NCBI GenBank assembly: GCA_964490365.1
Contig: CAZBAG010000002.1
Location: 6,411-70,410 of the forward strand
Length of the DNA: 64,000 nucleotides
Source of the DNA: an uncultured Candidatus Saccharibacteria bacterium
GTDB lineage: Bacteria > Patescibacteriota > Minisyncoccia > Phycocordibacterales > CSBR16-119
Direction of reading: 5' to 3'
Every line of letters starts with the position of its first letter. Position 1 is the stretch's first letter. The notes below the pieces were generated by a model that saw nothing but the letters and a program-made list of their open reading frames with translations, ran no database searches and was not told the DNA's origin. Below, one piece after another: positions 46,777 to 56,394 of the stretch. Made by a program: the position numbers and the translations under genes.

Positions 46777-46838
46777 TTATTTCCGAACACAATGAACGTA
46801 CTCGAACTATATTACTTACTAGTTTAAAATTGTCAAAG

Positions 46839-46871
46839 AAAAAACCAGCATCTTATAGTGCTGGTTTTTTC
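46839..46871. terminator. Bidirectional terminator (accagca-tcttatag-tgctggt) downstream of pnp
   Basis: 7-bp stem. In minus sense it follows the pnp stop and is followed by a T tract. It is also followed by tttttt in plus sense. Confidence 0.55.
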
Positions 46872-46875
46872 TTGT

Positions 46876-48978
46876 TTATGCTTTAGGATTTTTTATAAAA
46901 TCCTTGTTAGCTTCTTTAATAGAAAGTCCAAGTTTACCCATTTCGTTTTTAATAACTTTAACTGGAACAACTTGTCCGAGTTTTAAAACCTCTTCTACTT
47001 TTTCTACTCGAAATGGTGCAATTTCAGAAATATGTATCATGCCTTCTTGTCCATTCATCATTTTCGCAAAGGCGCCAAAGTCTTTAATACCGACAATCTC
47101 TGCATTCGAAACATCTCCTACTTTCCACTCGTGTGTCATATTTTCAATAATCTTTTTCGCTTGTTCTGGACCCTCTGCCTTTCCTGTAATAAATACCGTT
47201 CCGTCATCTTCAATAGTAATTTCAGTTTTTGTCTTTTCTCGAATTTCATTAATTGTCTTTCCTCCCGATCCAATCACCATACCAATTTTTTCTGGACTTA
47301 TTTTCACCACCACAATCTTTGGAGCAAATGGTGAAATATCTTTTCGCGGCGCTGGTATTGCCTCTTTAATTGTCTGTAAAATTGCACTTCGTGCTTTCAA
47401 ACTCTGCATCATTGCTTCAGTAAGAATTTTTCTTGAAACACCATCAACTTTTACATCAAGTTGTATCGCAGTGAGCCCATGCTCTGTTCCGGCAACTTTA
47501 AAATCCATATCACCATAATGATCTTCTGGGCCTTGTATGTCAGTTAAGATTTTATAGTTCTGTTCATCTTTATACATAAGCCCCATAGCAATACCTGCAA
47601 CAGGTGCTTTGATTGGAACACCGCCATCCATGAGGGCAAGCGTCGAAGCACAAATAGAAGCTTGAGATGTTGAACCGTTGGACGACATAGCTTCCGAAAC
47701 TAATCGGATCGTGTACGGAAAATCAACCTTACTTGGTAGCACAACTTCAAGAGCTTTTTCTGCAAGTGCCCCGTGTCCTACCTCACGACGGTTTACAAAA
47801 CCTGCTCGGCCCATCTCACCAACTGAAAACGGTGGGAAATTGTAGTGATGCATGAAGCTCTTACTTTCTTCTGTTTCCATGCCATCAATAAGCTGAGCAT
47901 CTTCTGGTCCACCCAAGGTAAGCGCTGTAAATATATGTGTTTCACCTCGATAGAAAATACCACTGCCGTGAAGCACAGTCGAAAAACCACCTGCTTGCGC
48001 GTACAGTCCACGAAGTTCATCCATGGCTCGGCCATCTGCTCGCACATTGTTTTCTATCGCTTCACTGTGCAAAAAACTATCGAGCTCTGCTTCAAAATAA
48101 TCTATCTCTTTTTTAAAGTTTTCTTGTTCTGGAAACTGTGTCTTTAGGAGCTCCTTCCACATACTTTTTAGTTCTTCCATTTTCGCTTTTCCAGAGGTAC
48201 CAGTAATTGCATGCTCCTTCAGCACAGGACGAATCTTGTCTTCAAACAACGCCAATACTTCATTGGTTAACGTTAAAATTTCTAAAACTTTTTTCGGCGC
48301 TCCAATATCTTTACGAATCTCTTGTTGCCACATTTCAAGTTTAGCGATTTCGACTTCTGCTTTAGCTAAGCCCGCTGCAATAACATCTTCGGGTATTTGA
48401 TATGCAACTGCTTCAATCATATTTATTTTATTATCCTTTCCGCAGACAATAAGATCGTATTCAAAACCTTCTCCTCGAGTTTTTTGTGATGGATTCACAA
48501 GGTATTCTCCATTTCGTTCTATAACACGAACCGCGCCAATTGGCCCATTCCAAGGAATGTTTGAAGTATGAAGAACGAGAGAGGCACCATTCACCGCAAG
48601 AATTCCAGGGTCAATACTTTCATCCATCGCCAAAACTGTAGCGATCACCTGCACGCCATATTCCATGTGCTGATGAAAGAGTGGCCTGAGTGTTCTATCG
48701 ATAACACGCCCAGCGAGAATCGCTTCATCGGTTGGCTTACCTTCTCGCTTCATAAAACGTCCACCTCCAATTTTTCCTGATGCGTAAAACTTTTCAATAT
48801 AGTCAACCGTAAGATTAAAGAAATCAGTAGTGCTTTTTTCTTTTGACATCACCGCTGTCACAAGCACCCTAGTTTCTCCACACGCCATAATTACAGATGG
48901 TGATTGTTCTACTAAATTAGAAAAAGTTGCTGTTATCTTTTTACCTCCAATCTCCACTCCATATTCTTTTTTATTCAT
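46876..48978 (-). CDS. pnp: Polyribonucleotide nucleotidyltransferase (PNPase)
   Basis: 700 aa with two RNase PH-like domains, a KH domain (IGMVIGSGGKTINEI) and a C-terminal S1 domain (KVGDVSNAEIVGIKDFGAFAKM). Confidence 0.92.
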   Translation of the reverse strand: MNKKEYGVEIGGKKITATFSNLVEQSPSVIMACGETRVLVTAVMSKEKSTTDFFNLTVDYIEKFYASGKIGGGRFMKREGKPTDEAILAGRVIDRTLRPLFHQHMEYGVQVIATVLAMDESIDPGILAVNGASLVLHTSNIPWNGPIGAVRVIERNGEYLVNPSQKTRGEGFEYDLIVCGKDNKINMIEAVAYQIPEDVIAAGLAKAEVEIAKLEMWQQEIRKDIGAPKKVLEILTLTNEVLALFEDKIRPVLKEHAITGTSGKAKMEELKSMWKELLKTQFPEQENFKKEIDYFEAELDSFLHSEAIENNVRADGRAMDELRGLYAQAGGFSTVLHGSGIFYRGETHIFTALTLGGPEDAQLIDGMETEESKSFMHHYNFPPFSVGEMGRAGFVNRREVGHGALAEKALEVVLPSKVDFPYTIRLVSEAMSSNGSTSQASICASTLALMDGGVPIKAPVAGIAMGLMYKDEQNYKILTDIQGPEDHYGDMDFKVAGTEHGLTAIQLDVKVDGVSRKILTEAMMQSLKARSAILQTIKEAIPAPRKDISPFAPKIVVVKISPEKIGMVIGSGGKTINEIREKTKTEITIEDDGTVFITGKAEGPEQAKKIIENMTHEWKVGDVSNAEIVGIKDFGAFAKMMNGQEGMIHISEIAPFRVEKVEEVLKLGQVVPVKVIKNEMGKLGLSIKEANKDFIKNPKA

Positions 48979-49204
48979 CCCGTTAGAGATAGTACATTTT
49001 TAATGTGCGTATCTTATTATAAATTTATAAATATCTTCTATCTTCTACTTCTCCACCATGTTCCGTAGAGATTATATAAACTGAACATCTCTAACGGGAT
49101 AAATCCTCTATAAGCTTATTTTCGAGCCTTAGGATTGAAACTTTTGTTTCAACGCTACTCGCCCGAAAATAAACAAATTAAATTTAATATTTTGAGTATA
49201 AATT

Positions 49205-49238
49205 TTTCTACATATAAAAACAAGAACACCGACCCATT
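49205..49238 (-). terminator. Terminator of the 4-TM protein gene (acaccgaccc-att-gggtcggtgt, T tract in minus sense)
   Basis: 10-bp stem. In minus sense it is followed by tcttgtttttat. Confidence 0.55.
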
Positions 49239-49267
49239 GGGTCGGTGTATCTCTTTGGTTGGTTTGA

Positions 49268-49873
49268 TCAAGCAATAATGCCATTCCTTTTCAGAAGAGC
49301 CACTTTGGCTTCAATATCTGATTTGGACAGGCCACGTTTTTGGAACTCGAGCCTTGCATCATGTTCACTACCGTACCATGTCTCGTGGTAAATATGAAAT
49401 CTCCACGATAACAGTGATATGACGAAGGAAAACAAAGCGCACAGAGTAAAAACCTGTGCTCTTGCGTAGAAACTGGGAAAATGACCATCTTCAGCTGTAT
49501 GAGATATAATGAGCATTCCCAGCAATAATAACAATGCGATGCTGTAAAGCAAGACCAGAATGCTAGGTAATCCGAGCACAGAGAATTTTCCCTTCTTGAT
49601 AATACCAACTCCATGGCCCGTCAACTGAGACGAAGCGTAGTACATCTTGAAAGACACGTAGGCACTAATCACTCCGACAATAAGAGCAAAACCTGGGTCA
49701 CCATCTTTTATCCATGTATACCCTATTGTCGATATCGCAATCACCAGCGCTATTAGAAATGGATGAAAGATGGTGTGCACCACTTTGCTATGTGACGGAA
49801 ACTTCATGAGATGAGAACTCATGAGTTGCTCGTATGTCATCCCTTTGTCTGATTTGTTTTGTTGCTTATTCAT
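49268..49873 (-). CDS. Four-TM membrane protein of unknown function (201 aa), co-oriented with and immediately downstream of the NYN gene
   Basis: Four predicted TM helices (FLIALVIAISTIGYTWI, FALIVGVISAYVSF, VLGLPSILVLLYSIALLLLLGMLII, VFTLCALFSFVISLLSWRF). The short C-terminal tail is SHOCT-like (DIEAKVALLKRNGII). Confidence 0.5.
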   Translation of the reverse strand: MNKQQNKSDKGMTYEQLMSSHLMKFPSHSKVVHTIFHPFLIALVIAISTIGYTWIKDGDPGFALIVGVISAYVSFKMYYASSQLTGHGVGIIKKGKFSVLGLPSILVLLYSIALLLLLGMLIISHTAEDGHFPSFYARAQVFTLCALFSFVISLLSWRFHIYHETWYGSEHDARLEFQKRGLSKSDIEAKVALLKRNGIIA

Positions 49874-49964
49874 AACTTAATGTTCTTTTAGAAACCTTAT
49901 ATCATATATAAGCGGTTTTGTCAATAATAAAAGACTTCTTTTTGAAGTCTTTTATTATTGATTA

Positions 49965-50555
49965 TTACTCTGGTTTTACTCGACTTATCGTCACGTTTCC
50001 TTTTGTAGCTTGATGATGTTTCTGTTTTTTCTTATTTTGTTTTCGCGGTCGGAATCCAATCAAATATTTTTCTGGATGTTTTGATAAATCCATAAAATCG
50101 TCTGAGGCGTCTATCAGTCTTTGAGATGACGATTGCCCAAATGACGCAACCTCTACTTGAATACCAGAGTGAATTTGTAAATATTCAACAAGTGGAACAA
50201 AGTCTCCGTCTCCAGAAACAATAATCACGGCGTCTAGTTTTGGCGCCATGGTAATAGCATCAACAGCAAGACCGACATCCCAGTCACCCTTTTTAGATCC
50301 TCCAAAAAATACTTGTAGATCTTTTGTTTTTGTTTCAATACCATTCTTGTGAAGAGCTTCAAAGAAACCTTGTTCGTCTCCCGCTTCAGACGTAATCACA
50401 TACGCAATCGAGCGAATGAGTTTTCTACCCGCAAGAGCGTCTTTCACAATTTCTGCAAAGTTCACTTTGTGACCAAACAAATTTTTTGCTGAATGGTATA
50501 AATTTTGTGTGTCGATAAAAATTCCGACACGTTGTTCTGTATGTTTTATTATCAT
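49965..50555 (-). CDS. NYN-domain (LabA-like, PIN-like) predicted ribonuclease
   Basis: VGIFIDTQNLYHS at the N-terminus and the SGDGDFVPLVEYLQ motif with a conserved acidic cluster, typical of NYN/LabA (DUF88) nucleases. It has a basic C-terminal tail. Confidence 0.7.
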   Translation of the reverse strand: MIIKHTEQRVGIFIDTQNLYHSAKNLFGHKVNFAEIVKDALAGRKLIRSIAYVITSEAGDEQGFFEALHKNGIETKTKDLQVFFGGSKKGDWDVGLAVDAITMAPKLDAVIIVSGDGDFVPLVEYLQIHSGIQVEVASFGQSSSQRLIDASDDFMDLSKHPEKYLIGFRPRKQNKKKQKHHQATKGNVTISRVKPE

Positions 50556-50750
50556 ATTTAAAAATTAAATCTTCCGACCCTGCACGAGAGCACCGTAAAA
50601 AATAATATTGTTTTGCCTTAGAAATGAGTACTGTCTGAGCAAGCCTCATGGCTTGCGAGTTTAGTCATTTCTTGGCTTAAAACATATTATTTTTAGGTGT
50701 GAAGTGCGGGTCTAGATTTTTATTACTTTTTTGTCATGAAAAAAGTAAGC
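50556..50750 (-). repeat. Copy B of the ~190-bp conserved element; forms the entire leader of the NYN gene
   Basis: The reverse complement matches 17091-17288 at both ends (~90% over about 130 nt) and runs to within ~5 nt of the NYN ATG (...agggtcggaagatttaatttttaaatATG). It lies immediately downstream, in minus sense, of the rpsO terminator. Confidence 0.55.
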
Positions 50751-50816
50751 AAACATCTTTTATAAAAATCACAAGAGTATGAAACTCTCACGTATATATA
50801 GTAACACCTAAAAACA

Positions 50817-50845
50817 AAAACCCCTTTCGAGAAGGGATTTTTGTT
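50817..50845 (-). terminator. rpsO terminator hairpin (ccctt-tcgag-aaggg with T tract in minus sense)
   Basis: Hairpin flanked by A and T tracts within 35 nt of the rpsO stop. Confidence 0.5.
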
Positions 50846-50849
50846 TTGA

Positions 50850-51113
50850 TTAACTGATTTTTAGATCAGCGACAATCTTATCGTAGGCAACTTTATCTGT
50901 TCTTTCAAGATATTTGAGGTGCTTTCGTCTCTTTGAAACCATTTTGATAAGTCCTCGTCGTGAGTGATTATCTTTTTTGTGAGTCTTCAAGTGAGAAGAA
51001 AGTTCCTTAATCGCTTCAGACAGCAAGGCAATTTGAACATGTGAAGACCCTGTGTCTTTGTCGTTCAAAGCTGCTTTTTTGATTATCTTACTTTTTTTCG
51101 CTGTTTTTAACAT
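50850..51113 (-). CDS. rpsO: 30S ribosomal protein S15 (likely start MLKTAKK; the track ORF extends to 51158)
   Basis: GSSHVQIALLSEAIKELSSHLKTHKKDNHSRRGLIKMVSKRRKHLKYL matches the S15 signature. Confidence 0.85.
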   Translation of the reverse strand: MLKTAKKSKIIKKAALNDKDTGSSHVQIALLSEAIKELSSHLKTHKKDNHSRRGLIKMVSKRRKHLKYLERTDKVAYDKIVADLKIS

Positions 51114-51325
51114 GGGCCTGATATTACTATATAAATTTCTATTTCGCAAGAGTCTCACCCTTCGTTTGACCTAAGGCCACCCATACGGCAAGAGTATTTT
51201 AAAAATCCCTTTATGAAAATATATTCTTACGAAACTGCATACATAATAGCATAAAATATACTTGTTTGTCAATAGCTCATCTTTATGTGTTTTATTTTCC
51301 GACACATACGATACAATAGAAGATA

Positions 51326-52252
51326 ATGAATACAAGCTCAGCAAAAACACAATTTCTTGAATACCTAGAAATCGAAAAAGGTCTTAGTTTAAAAACGGTT
51401 GAAAATTACGACCGATACTTAACTCGTTTTTTTGAATTTGCAAATGTAAAAGATGTTTCAAAAATTACCGAAGACAAGCTCAGAGAATTTAGAATCCACC
51501 TAAACCGACAACTCGGTGTAAAAGTAAAGGGCCAATCTCAGGCAAACCTGAAAAAAAATACCCAGAACTACCATCTCATAGCTCTTCGAACTTTTTTAAA
51601 ATACATGATGAAACGTGGTGTCACCACAATGACTCCGGACAAAATAGAGTTGGCAAAGATTTCACAGCGTAGCCTTGATCTTATTTCAGGAAACGAACTC
51701 GAAAGACTTTTAAACGCCCCAGAGGGTGACTCCCCTTCTGCTTTTCGTGACAGAGCCGTACTTGAACTTTTTTTCTCAACAGGACTCCGAGTATCCGAGC
51801 TCGCAAGTCTTAATAAAGACCTAGATCTTTCAAAGGATGAATTTTCTATTCGAGGAAAAGGAGAAAAAGTTCGTGTTGTATTTCTTTCTGAATCTGCAAA
51901 AGACGCTGTTCGTAAATATTTAAAGTCACGGAAAGATTTTGATGAAGCAATGTTTGTACAATTTAGTAACAACAAAAGCGAAAAGAAAAATATGCGCCTT
52001 ACTCCTCGTTCAATTGAACGTCTTGTTAAAAAATATGCGATTAAAGCTGGTATCTCAAAAAAGGTAACTCCTCACGTTATTCGCCACTCATTTGCCACAG
52101 ACCTCCTTCAAAACGGCGCCGATATTCGCAGTGTACAAATGATGCTTGGCCACGCGAACATTGCAACAACACAAATCTATACCCATGTCACTGATAGCCA
52201 ACTAAAAGATATTCATAAGAAATTTCATAGTAGGAAAAAATCTGATCTATAA
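51326..52252 (+). CDS. xerD: Tyrosine site-specific recombinase, XerC/XerD-like
   Basis: N-terminal SAM-like core-binding domain and a C-terminal catalytic domain with RHSFATDLL...LGHANIATTQIYTHV (R-H-R-Y tetrad context). Confidence 0.75.
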   Translation: MNTSSAKTQFLEYLEIEKGLSLKTVENYDRYLTRFFEFANVKDVSKITEDKLREFRIHLNRQLGVKVKGQSQANLKKNTQNYHLIALRTFLKYMMKRGVTTMTPDKIELAKISQRSLDLISGNELERLLNAPEGDSPSAFRDRAVLELFFSTGLRVSELASLNKDLDLSKDEFSIRGKGEKVRVVFLSESAKDAVRKYLKSRKDFDEAMFVQFSNNKSEKKNMRLTPRSIERLVKKYAIKAGISKKVTPHVIRHSFATDLLQNGADIRSVQMMLGHANIATTQIYTHVTDSQLKDIHKKFHSRKKSDL

Positions 52253-52495
52253 AAAGTGAAAACCTCTTGCGAGATTTTCACAAGAGGCTGTATGGTCTAC
52301 GTAGAAATGTGGGAGGGGTTGTCGGAGCCGACTCCGCACCTGCTGATGATGAAGAGAGACCCTGAGAAAAGTATGGCGAAAAGCAGTACCGCATCCATGG
52401 CAGAGAAGGGTTTAGTGAGTAAAAAACAATCTTTGCTCATCTTATACACTTTTGTATAAAAAATCCAGAGGACAACATGATAAACTATTCCTAAC

Positions 52496-53143
52496 ATGTC
52501 GTACGAGGAAAATAAAAAATATTTTGAACTCGCCTATCGAACTGGTTCTGATATTTGGACGCATAAAAATTACCGTTCAAAAGTATTTGAATATATTTCA
52601 TATATTCCTAAGGGTGGCACAGTATTGGACCTTGGTAGTGGTCGCGGGGTTTGGCCTTTTCTTTTTGTTGATGCAGGATTTAAAGTAATTGGTATTGATT
52701 ATATTCAAAGCATTATTGATGCAAATAACCAAGAAGTATATTTTCGAAAAATAGAAGACCGTATTCGATTTCTTGCTGCCGACATATTTGATATGCCGTT
52801 TGCTGAAAATGCATTTGATGTGATTACCGACTTTGGACTCGTGCAACATCTTCACTCAGAAGATTTTAAAAAGTATCGAGAAGCGCTCCATAAAGTATTG
52901 AAACCTGGTGGACATATATTAAATGTATCGTTTTCTAAAAACACAGAACAGTTTCTGTCGTTTCACCCTAAAGAATCAGGGGTAAGTAACTACGAGGCTG
53001 AGGGACTACCTTACTATTTCTTTGGTGATGATGAAATTATAGATCTTTATGGAGACAACATGAATGTTATCAACCAGGAACATATTATTATCCCTGAACA
53101 CCACAACGAAGTATTTGTCATTACGCTTCTTCAAAAAAACTAA
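52496..53143 (+). CDS. Class I SAM-dependent methyltransferase
   Basis: Motif I VLDLGSGRGVW, motif II (ADIFDMPF) and a downstream acidic loop. The substrate is not inferable. Confidence 0.65.
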   Translation: MSYEENKKYFELAYRTGSDIWTHKNYRSKVFEYISYIPKGGTVLDLGSGRGVWPFLFVDAGFKVIGIDYIQSIIDANNQEVYFRKIEDRIRFLAADIFDMPFAENAFDVITDFGLVQHLHSEDFKKYREALHKVLKPGGHILNVSFSKNTEQFLSFHPKESGVSNYEAEGLPYYFFGDDEIIDLYGDNMNVINQEHIIIPEHHNEVFVITLLQKN

Positions 53144-53148
53144 AGAAA

Positions 53149-53172
53149 AAGCCCCGCATAACGGGGCTTTTC
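53149..53172 (+). terminator. Rho-independent terminator (aagccccg-cataa-cggggctt with T tract)
   Basis: 8-bp GC stem directly after the methyltransferase stop. Confidence 0.65.
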
Positions 53173-53510
53173 AGTATGGCGATCTTCCCGCTCAACAAAA
53201 TCCAGTACACGCGAGCAAAAAGATTATCAGAACAAGACCTAGTGAGTATGTCCCACCCTCACTTTCCACCCAATTTCGAAATTGTTCCATGCTCTATTTT
53301 ATCTTAGAGTTTTTCCAATATCATTCTCAGCATGGTGAGGGCTGGAAGGATCGACATAAGGCCGATCGTGAGAAAGCGCGACTTTACTTCCTGACATGTC
53401 GTATGTTTCATGGTACGAGTGTTTGGTTCTCTATATTTATATCATATTTATACTATTTTGTCAAGTATCTCTCCGTATCTCTTTTTCAAAGGCTACGATA
53501 TAATCACACT

Positions 53511-54275
53511 ATGCGAATTATCTCATGGAACATAAATGGTATTAGGGCGGGTGTAAAAAAGGGTGCATTTGCTGAAGCTTTTAAGCTAAAGCCAGACATT
53601 CTCTGTCTTCAAGAAACAAAAGCGGAAATTTCACAGCTCACCAAAGAAATCCTAGAGCCAAAAGGATACGTCTCATTTTTCTCGAGCTCAAAAATAAAAA
53701 AGGGTTACAGTGGAGTAGCTATCTATACAAAACAAAAACCAGAAAAGGTTACCTATGGTATTGGTATGCCAGGTGATGACGATGAAGGACGAACCGTTGT
53801 GGCGTACTTTAAAGATTTTGTATTAATTAATTGCTACTTCCCTAACGGTGGAGGTGGTCCAGTACGTTTAGCGTATAAATTAGAATTCTATGATGCATTT
53901 TTAACATTCATCAATAAGCTAAAAAAATCTGGTAAACAAATAATCTTCACAGGAGATGTAAACACTGCACACACAGAAATCGATCTTGCTCGCCCAAAAG
54001 AAAATGAAAAAAATACAGGATTCTTACCCGAAGAACGCGCATGGATCGATGAAGTGATTAGCGATGGATATGCTGATGTCTTTCGAAATTTCTATCCAAA
54101 CAAAAAAGATGTCTATACATACTGGGACCAAAAAACTCGAGCGCGAGAACGAAACGTTGGCTGGCGTATCGACTACTTCTTTGCTTCCCCAAAAATACTT
54201 TCAAAAATACAAAACTTTAAAACACACGCAAACTTTATTGGCTCAGATCACTGCCCGATTGAAATTAACTTGTAG
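53511..54275 (+). CDS. xth: Exodeoxyribonuclease III (ATG at 53511; the first 149 codons of the track ORF are spurious)
   Basis: MRIISWNINGIRA, LCLQETK, GDVNTAHTEIDL and GSDHCPIEI motifs of the ExoIII/APE family. A TATAAT box lies at 53499-53504. Confidence 0.85.
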   Translation: MRIISWNINGIRAGVKKGAFAEAFKLKPDILCLQETKAEISQLTKEILEPKGYVSFFSSSKIKKGYSGVAIYTKQKPEKVTYGIGMPGDDDEGRTVVAYFKDFVLINCYFPNGGGGPVRLAYKLEFYDAFLTFINKLKKSGKQIIFTGDVNTAHTEIDLARPKENEKNTGFLPEERAWIDEVISDGYADVFRNFYPNKKDVYTYWDQKTRARERNVGWRIDYFFASPKILSKIQNFKTHANFIGSDHCPIEINL

Positions 54276-54287
54276 TACACTATATCT

Positions 54288-54686
54288 ATGAAGAATAAAA
54301 ATCATAAATCAGAAAAACAAATTTTTAGTATTGTAAAAAGAGTACAGAGTTTTGAAAACGCTTTTTATGGTTTAAAAGTTTTTCTCACAACAACACACAA
54401 CTCTTGGATACAAATTAGTGTTGGACTGATCACTGTTTGGCTTGGATTTGTATTCGATATTTCACAGACTGAGTGGTTATTTGTAGTTCTCTCAATCGGT
54501 TTTGTATTGGCAGCAGAAGCATTCAACACCGCCCTTGAATTTGATATTGATCTTACCTCTCCGGAATATCACCAATTTGCAAAGTACACAAAAGACGTCG
54601 CTGCTGGCGCAGTACTTATTGCTTCTATTACAGCTTCAGTTGTAGGACTTATAATTTTCCTACCTAAATTCTTGATGGTGTTGTAG
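54288..54686 (+). CDS. dgkA: Diacylglycerol kinase (prokaryotic DgkA family)
   Basis: 132 aa, 3 TM, with SFENAFYGL and AAEAFNTALE signature segments. Confidence 0.65.
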   Translation: MKNKNHKSEKQIFSIVKRVQSFENAFYGLKVFLTTTHNSWIQISVGLITVWLGFVFDISQTEWLFVVLSIGFVLAAEAFNTALEFDIDLTSPEYHQFAKYTKDVAAGAVLIASITASVVGLIIFLPKFLMVL

Positions 54687-54770
54687 TTGGGTATACTTGA
54701 CAATATGGTATATTTATGTTATATTTAATCTTGAGAAACGCTTGTTCAATTAACAAAACCGTCTGTAGAG

Positions 54771-55175
54771 ATGAATAGCAACACCCTCCTAATGTCTCAG
54801 ACCGATCTCGTTAAAAAGATCGGTAAAGTGATCGCTGGAATGCAAATCCACAAAAACGAGAAGTCTACTGTGGAGAATCTCCGTGTTCTGCTGGGACAGA
54901 AGATCATTAGCCGAATGACAAAAAGCGAATATCTCCGGAATAAATTCGCCGAAATGTTCGTCGGGGAAGATGCAGACACGAACGAGTTCGCTGCCAAGTG
55001 CTTGGCCATTGCTTTCGACAACTACTTCAGCGAAAGGGTCAGAGATGCGGCAATGGGCCAACTCATGAATGCGCTCTGTCTGAGTAAGTTTGGATACTCT
55101 TTCGAGATCCAAACGATCGTAAGGAAGATGGCACCATTCGAATGGGAAGCCCCCGAAGGTATGGCCGCCGCATAG
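54771..55175 (+). CDS. Hypothetical protein (134 aa) with locally elevated GC
   Basis: ORF with its own strong terminator. No recognisable domains. GC is higher than the flanking core genes. Confidence 0.4.
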   Translation: MNSNTLLMSQTDLVKKIGKVIAGMQIHKNEKSTVENLRVLLGQKIISRMTKSEYLRNKFAEMFVGEDADTNEFAAKCLAIAFDNYFSERVRDAAMGQLMNALCLSKFGYSFEIQTIVRKMAPFEWEAPEGMAAA

Positions 55176-55194
55176 TTATATACAGATCATGACC

Positions 55195-55228
55195 GAAGCC
55201 CGCCCCATCGGCGGGCTTCTTTCTTTTT
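55195..55228 (+). terminator. Rho-independent terminator (gaagcccgcc-ccatc-ggcgggcttc with T tract)
   Basis: 10-bp GC stem followed by tttctttttat. Confidence 0.7.
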
Positions 55229-55294
55229 ATAATTGACAAAAATAACTTACTCAGTACTATCTATGTAAACATACATGTACTAATACAACAGAAA

Positions 55295-56266
55295 ATGGTA
55301 CGGATTGGAGTATTTTACGATGGTTTTCATTACGGCAAGATCAACAAGTACTACAAGTACGAACACTCTTGGAAAAGCCCTTTATCTTTCGAGGGTCTTC
55401 ATATGTATATCGAAAAACAAGTTTCTAGATGGGAAAGAAAAAACCCCTTAACTTGCAAAGTTGTTTCTGCTCACTATTTCAGAGGCAGACTCAGAACACA
55501 AGAGATCAAAGAAGATGCGTTGGATAGGCTGACCAAAGAGAGGGGGTTTGATGAAACTTTACAGTATCACAATATCACTACTCACTACCTCCCTCTTCGA
55601 GAAGACTCGAACGGCACCAAAAGAGAAAAAGGTATCGACAGCCTTATGGCAATTGAAGTACTCGATCAAGCGGTAATTAGGAAAGAACTCGATATTGTAG
55701 TTCTTATCACTGGTGATGTAGATCATGTAGGAGTTGTTCGAAAACTTCATAAGTATGGAGTGCCAACACTCCTTCTTGCATGGAATTTGGAATACAAACA
55801 TAGCGAAACCGGTGAGACCGAGTCAACGTGGACAAGTAAAGAACTTCAGGCGGAAGTCATGTCTTACTTTCCAATGGGCAAGATCATTGAACGTGGCATT
55901 GAGCAAAAAGACCCTCTCATTCTAAATATTTTTCGTAACGAGAAACCGATTCAACCAGAGGAGCGATCTGATACCGAAGAAAAAGTCGACGAAGTACCTC
56001 CAGAACTCTACGGAGCAGGTCAAATCTTTGACCCGAACATGCGACACTCAAGTACCATCTCTCGTGTCTTTACACAGCATGGGTACGGATTCATTCATTA
56101 TGAATATGGTGGCTTGTATTTTCATAGAAGCGATGTCGCGGGAGAAGTTCCATTTGAACAACTAAAGAATGGTGGTGGACTTACGTTTAAGATCATTCTG
56201 AACACGAAGATGCAGAGACAAGCTGTGGAGGTCTCTGTTGACGATACTGAACCCAAAAAAGAATAA
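55295..56266 (+). CDS. NYN-domain nuclease fused to a C-terminal cold-shock-like (CSD/OB) domain
   Basis: N-terminal VRIGVFYDGFHY and ITGDVDHVGVVRKLHKYGVPTLLLAW match the NYN/LabA pattern. The C-terminal GTISRVFTQHGYGFIHYEYGGLYFHRSDVAGE resembles the cold-shock-domain RNP1/RNP2 region. Confidence 0.6.
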   Translation: MVRIGVFYDGFHYGKINKYYKYEHSWKSPLSFEGLHMYIEKQVSRWERKNPLTCKVVSAHYFRGRLRTQEIKEDALDRLTKERGFDETLQYHNITTHYLPLREDSNGTKREKGIDSLMAIEVLDQAVIRKELDIVVLITGDVDHVGVVRKLHKYGVPTLLLAWNLEYKHSETGETESTWTSKELQAEVMSYFPMGKIIERGIEQKDPLILNIFRNEKPIQPEERSDTEEKVDEVPPELYGAGQIFDPNMRHSSTISRVFTQHGYGFIHYEYGGLYFHRSDVAGEVPFEQLKNGGGLTFKIILNTKMQRQAVEVSVDDTEPKKE

Positions 56267-56274
56267 CGACCTGA

Positions 56275-56306
56275 GGGTTTCGCTTTCGCGAAGCCCTTTT
56301 TCTTTT
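56275..56306 (+). terminator. Rho-independent terminator (gggtttcgc-tttcg-cgaagccc with T tract)
   Basis: 9-bp stem (one G-U) followed by tttttctttttaa. Confidence 0.6.
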
Positions 56307-56394
56307 TAACACGCCGATTAATATTTATAGACAAAAATATATTTTTCAGTATTATAAAAACGAACCAGCTCTTTGAGCACAAACCAAACCAAAC

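Noticed and set aside
53064-53510. N-terminal 149 codons of the 403-aa ORF upstream of xth
   Set aside because: ExoIII homology begins exactly at the internal ATG at 53511 (MRIISWNINGIRA). The upstream part is low-complexity and spans a terminator and promoter-like sequence.
52253-53510. Search for SRP RNA, tmRNA, 6S or RNase P RNA signatures across intergenic regions
   Set aside because: There is no tRNA-like tmRNA terminus, no RNase P P4 consensus and no convincing SRP helix-8 GGAA/AGCAGC motif. They are reported only as unexplained intergenic candidates.
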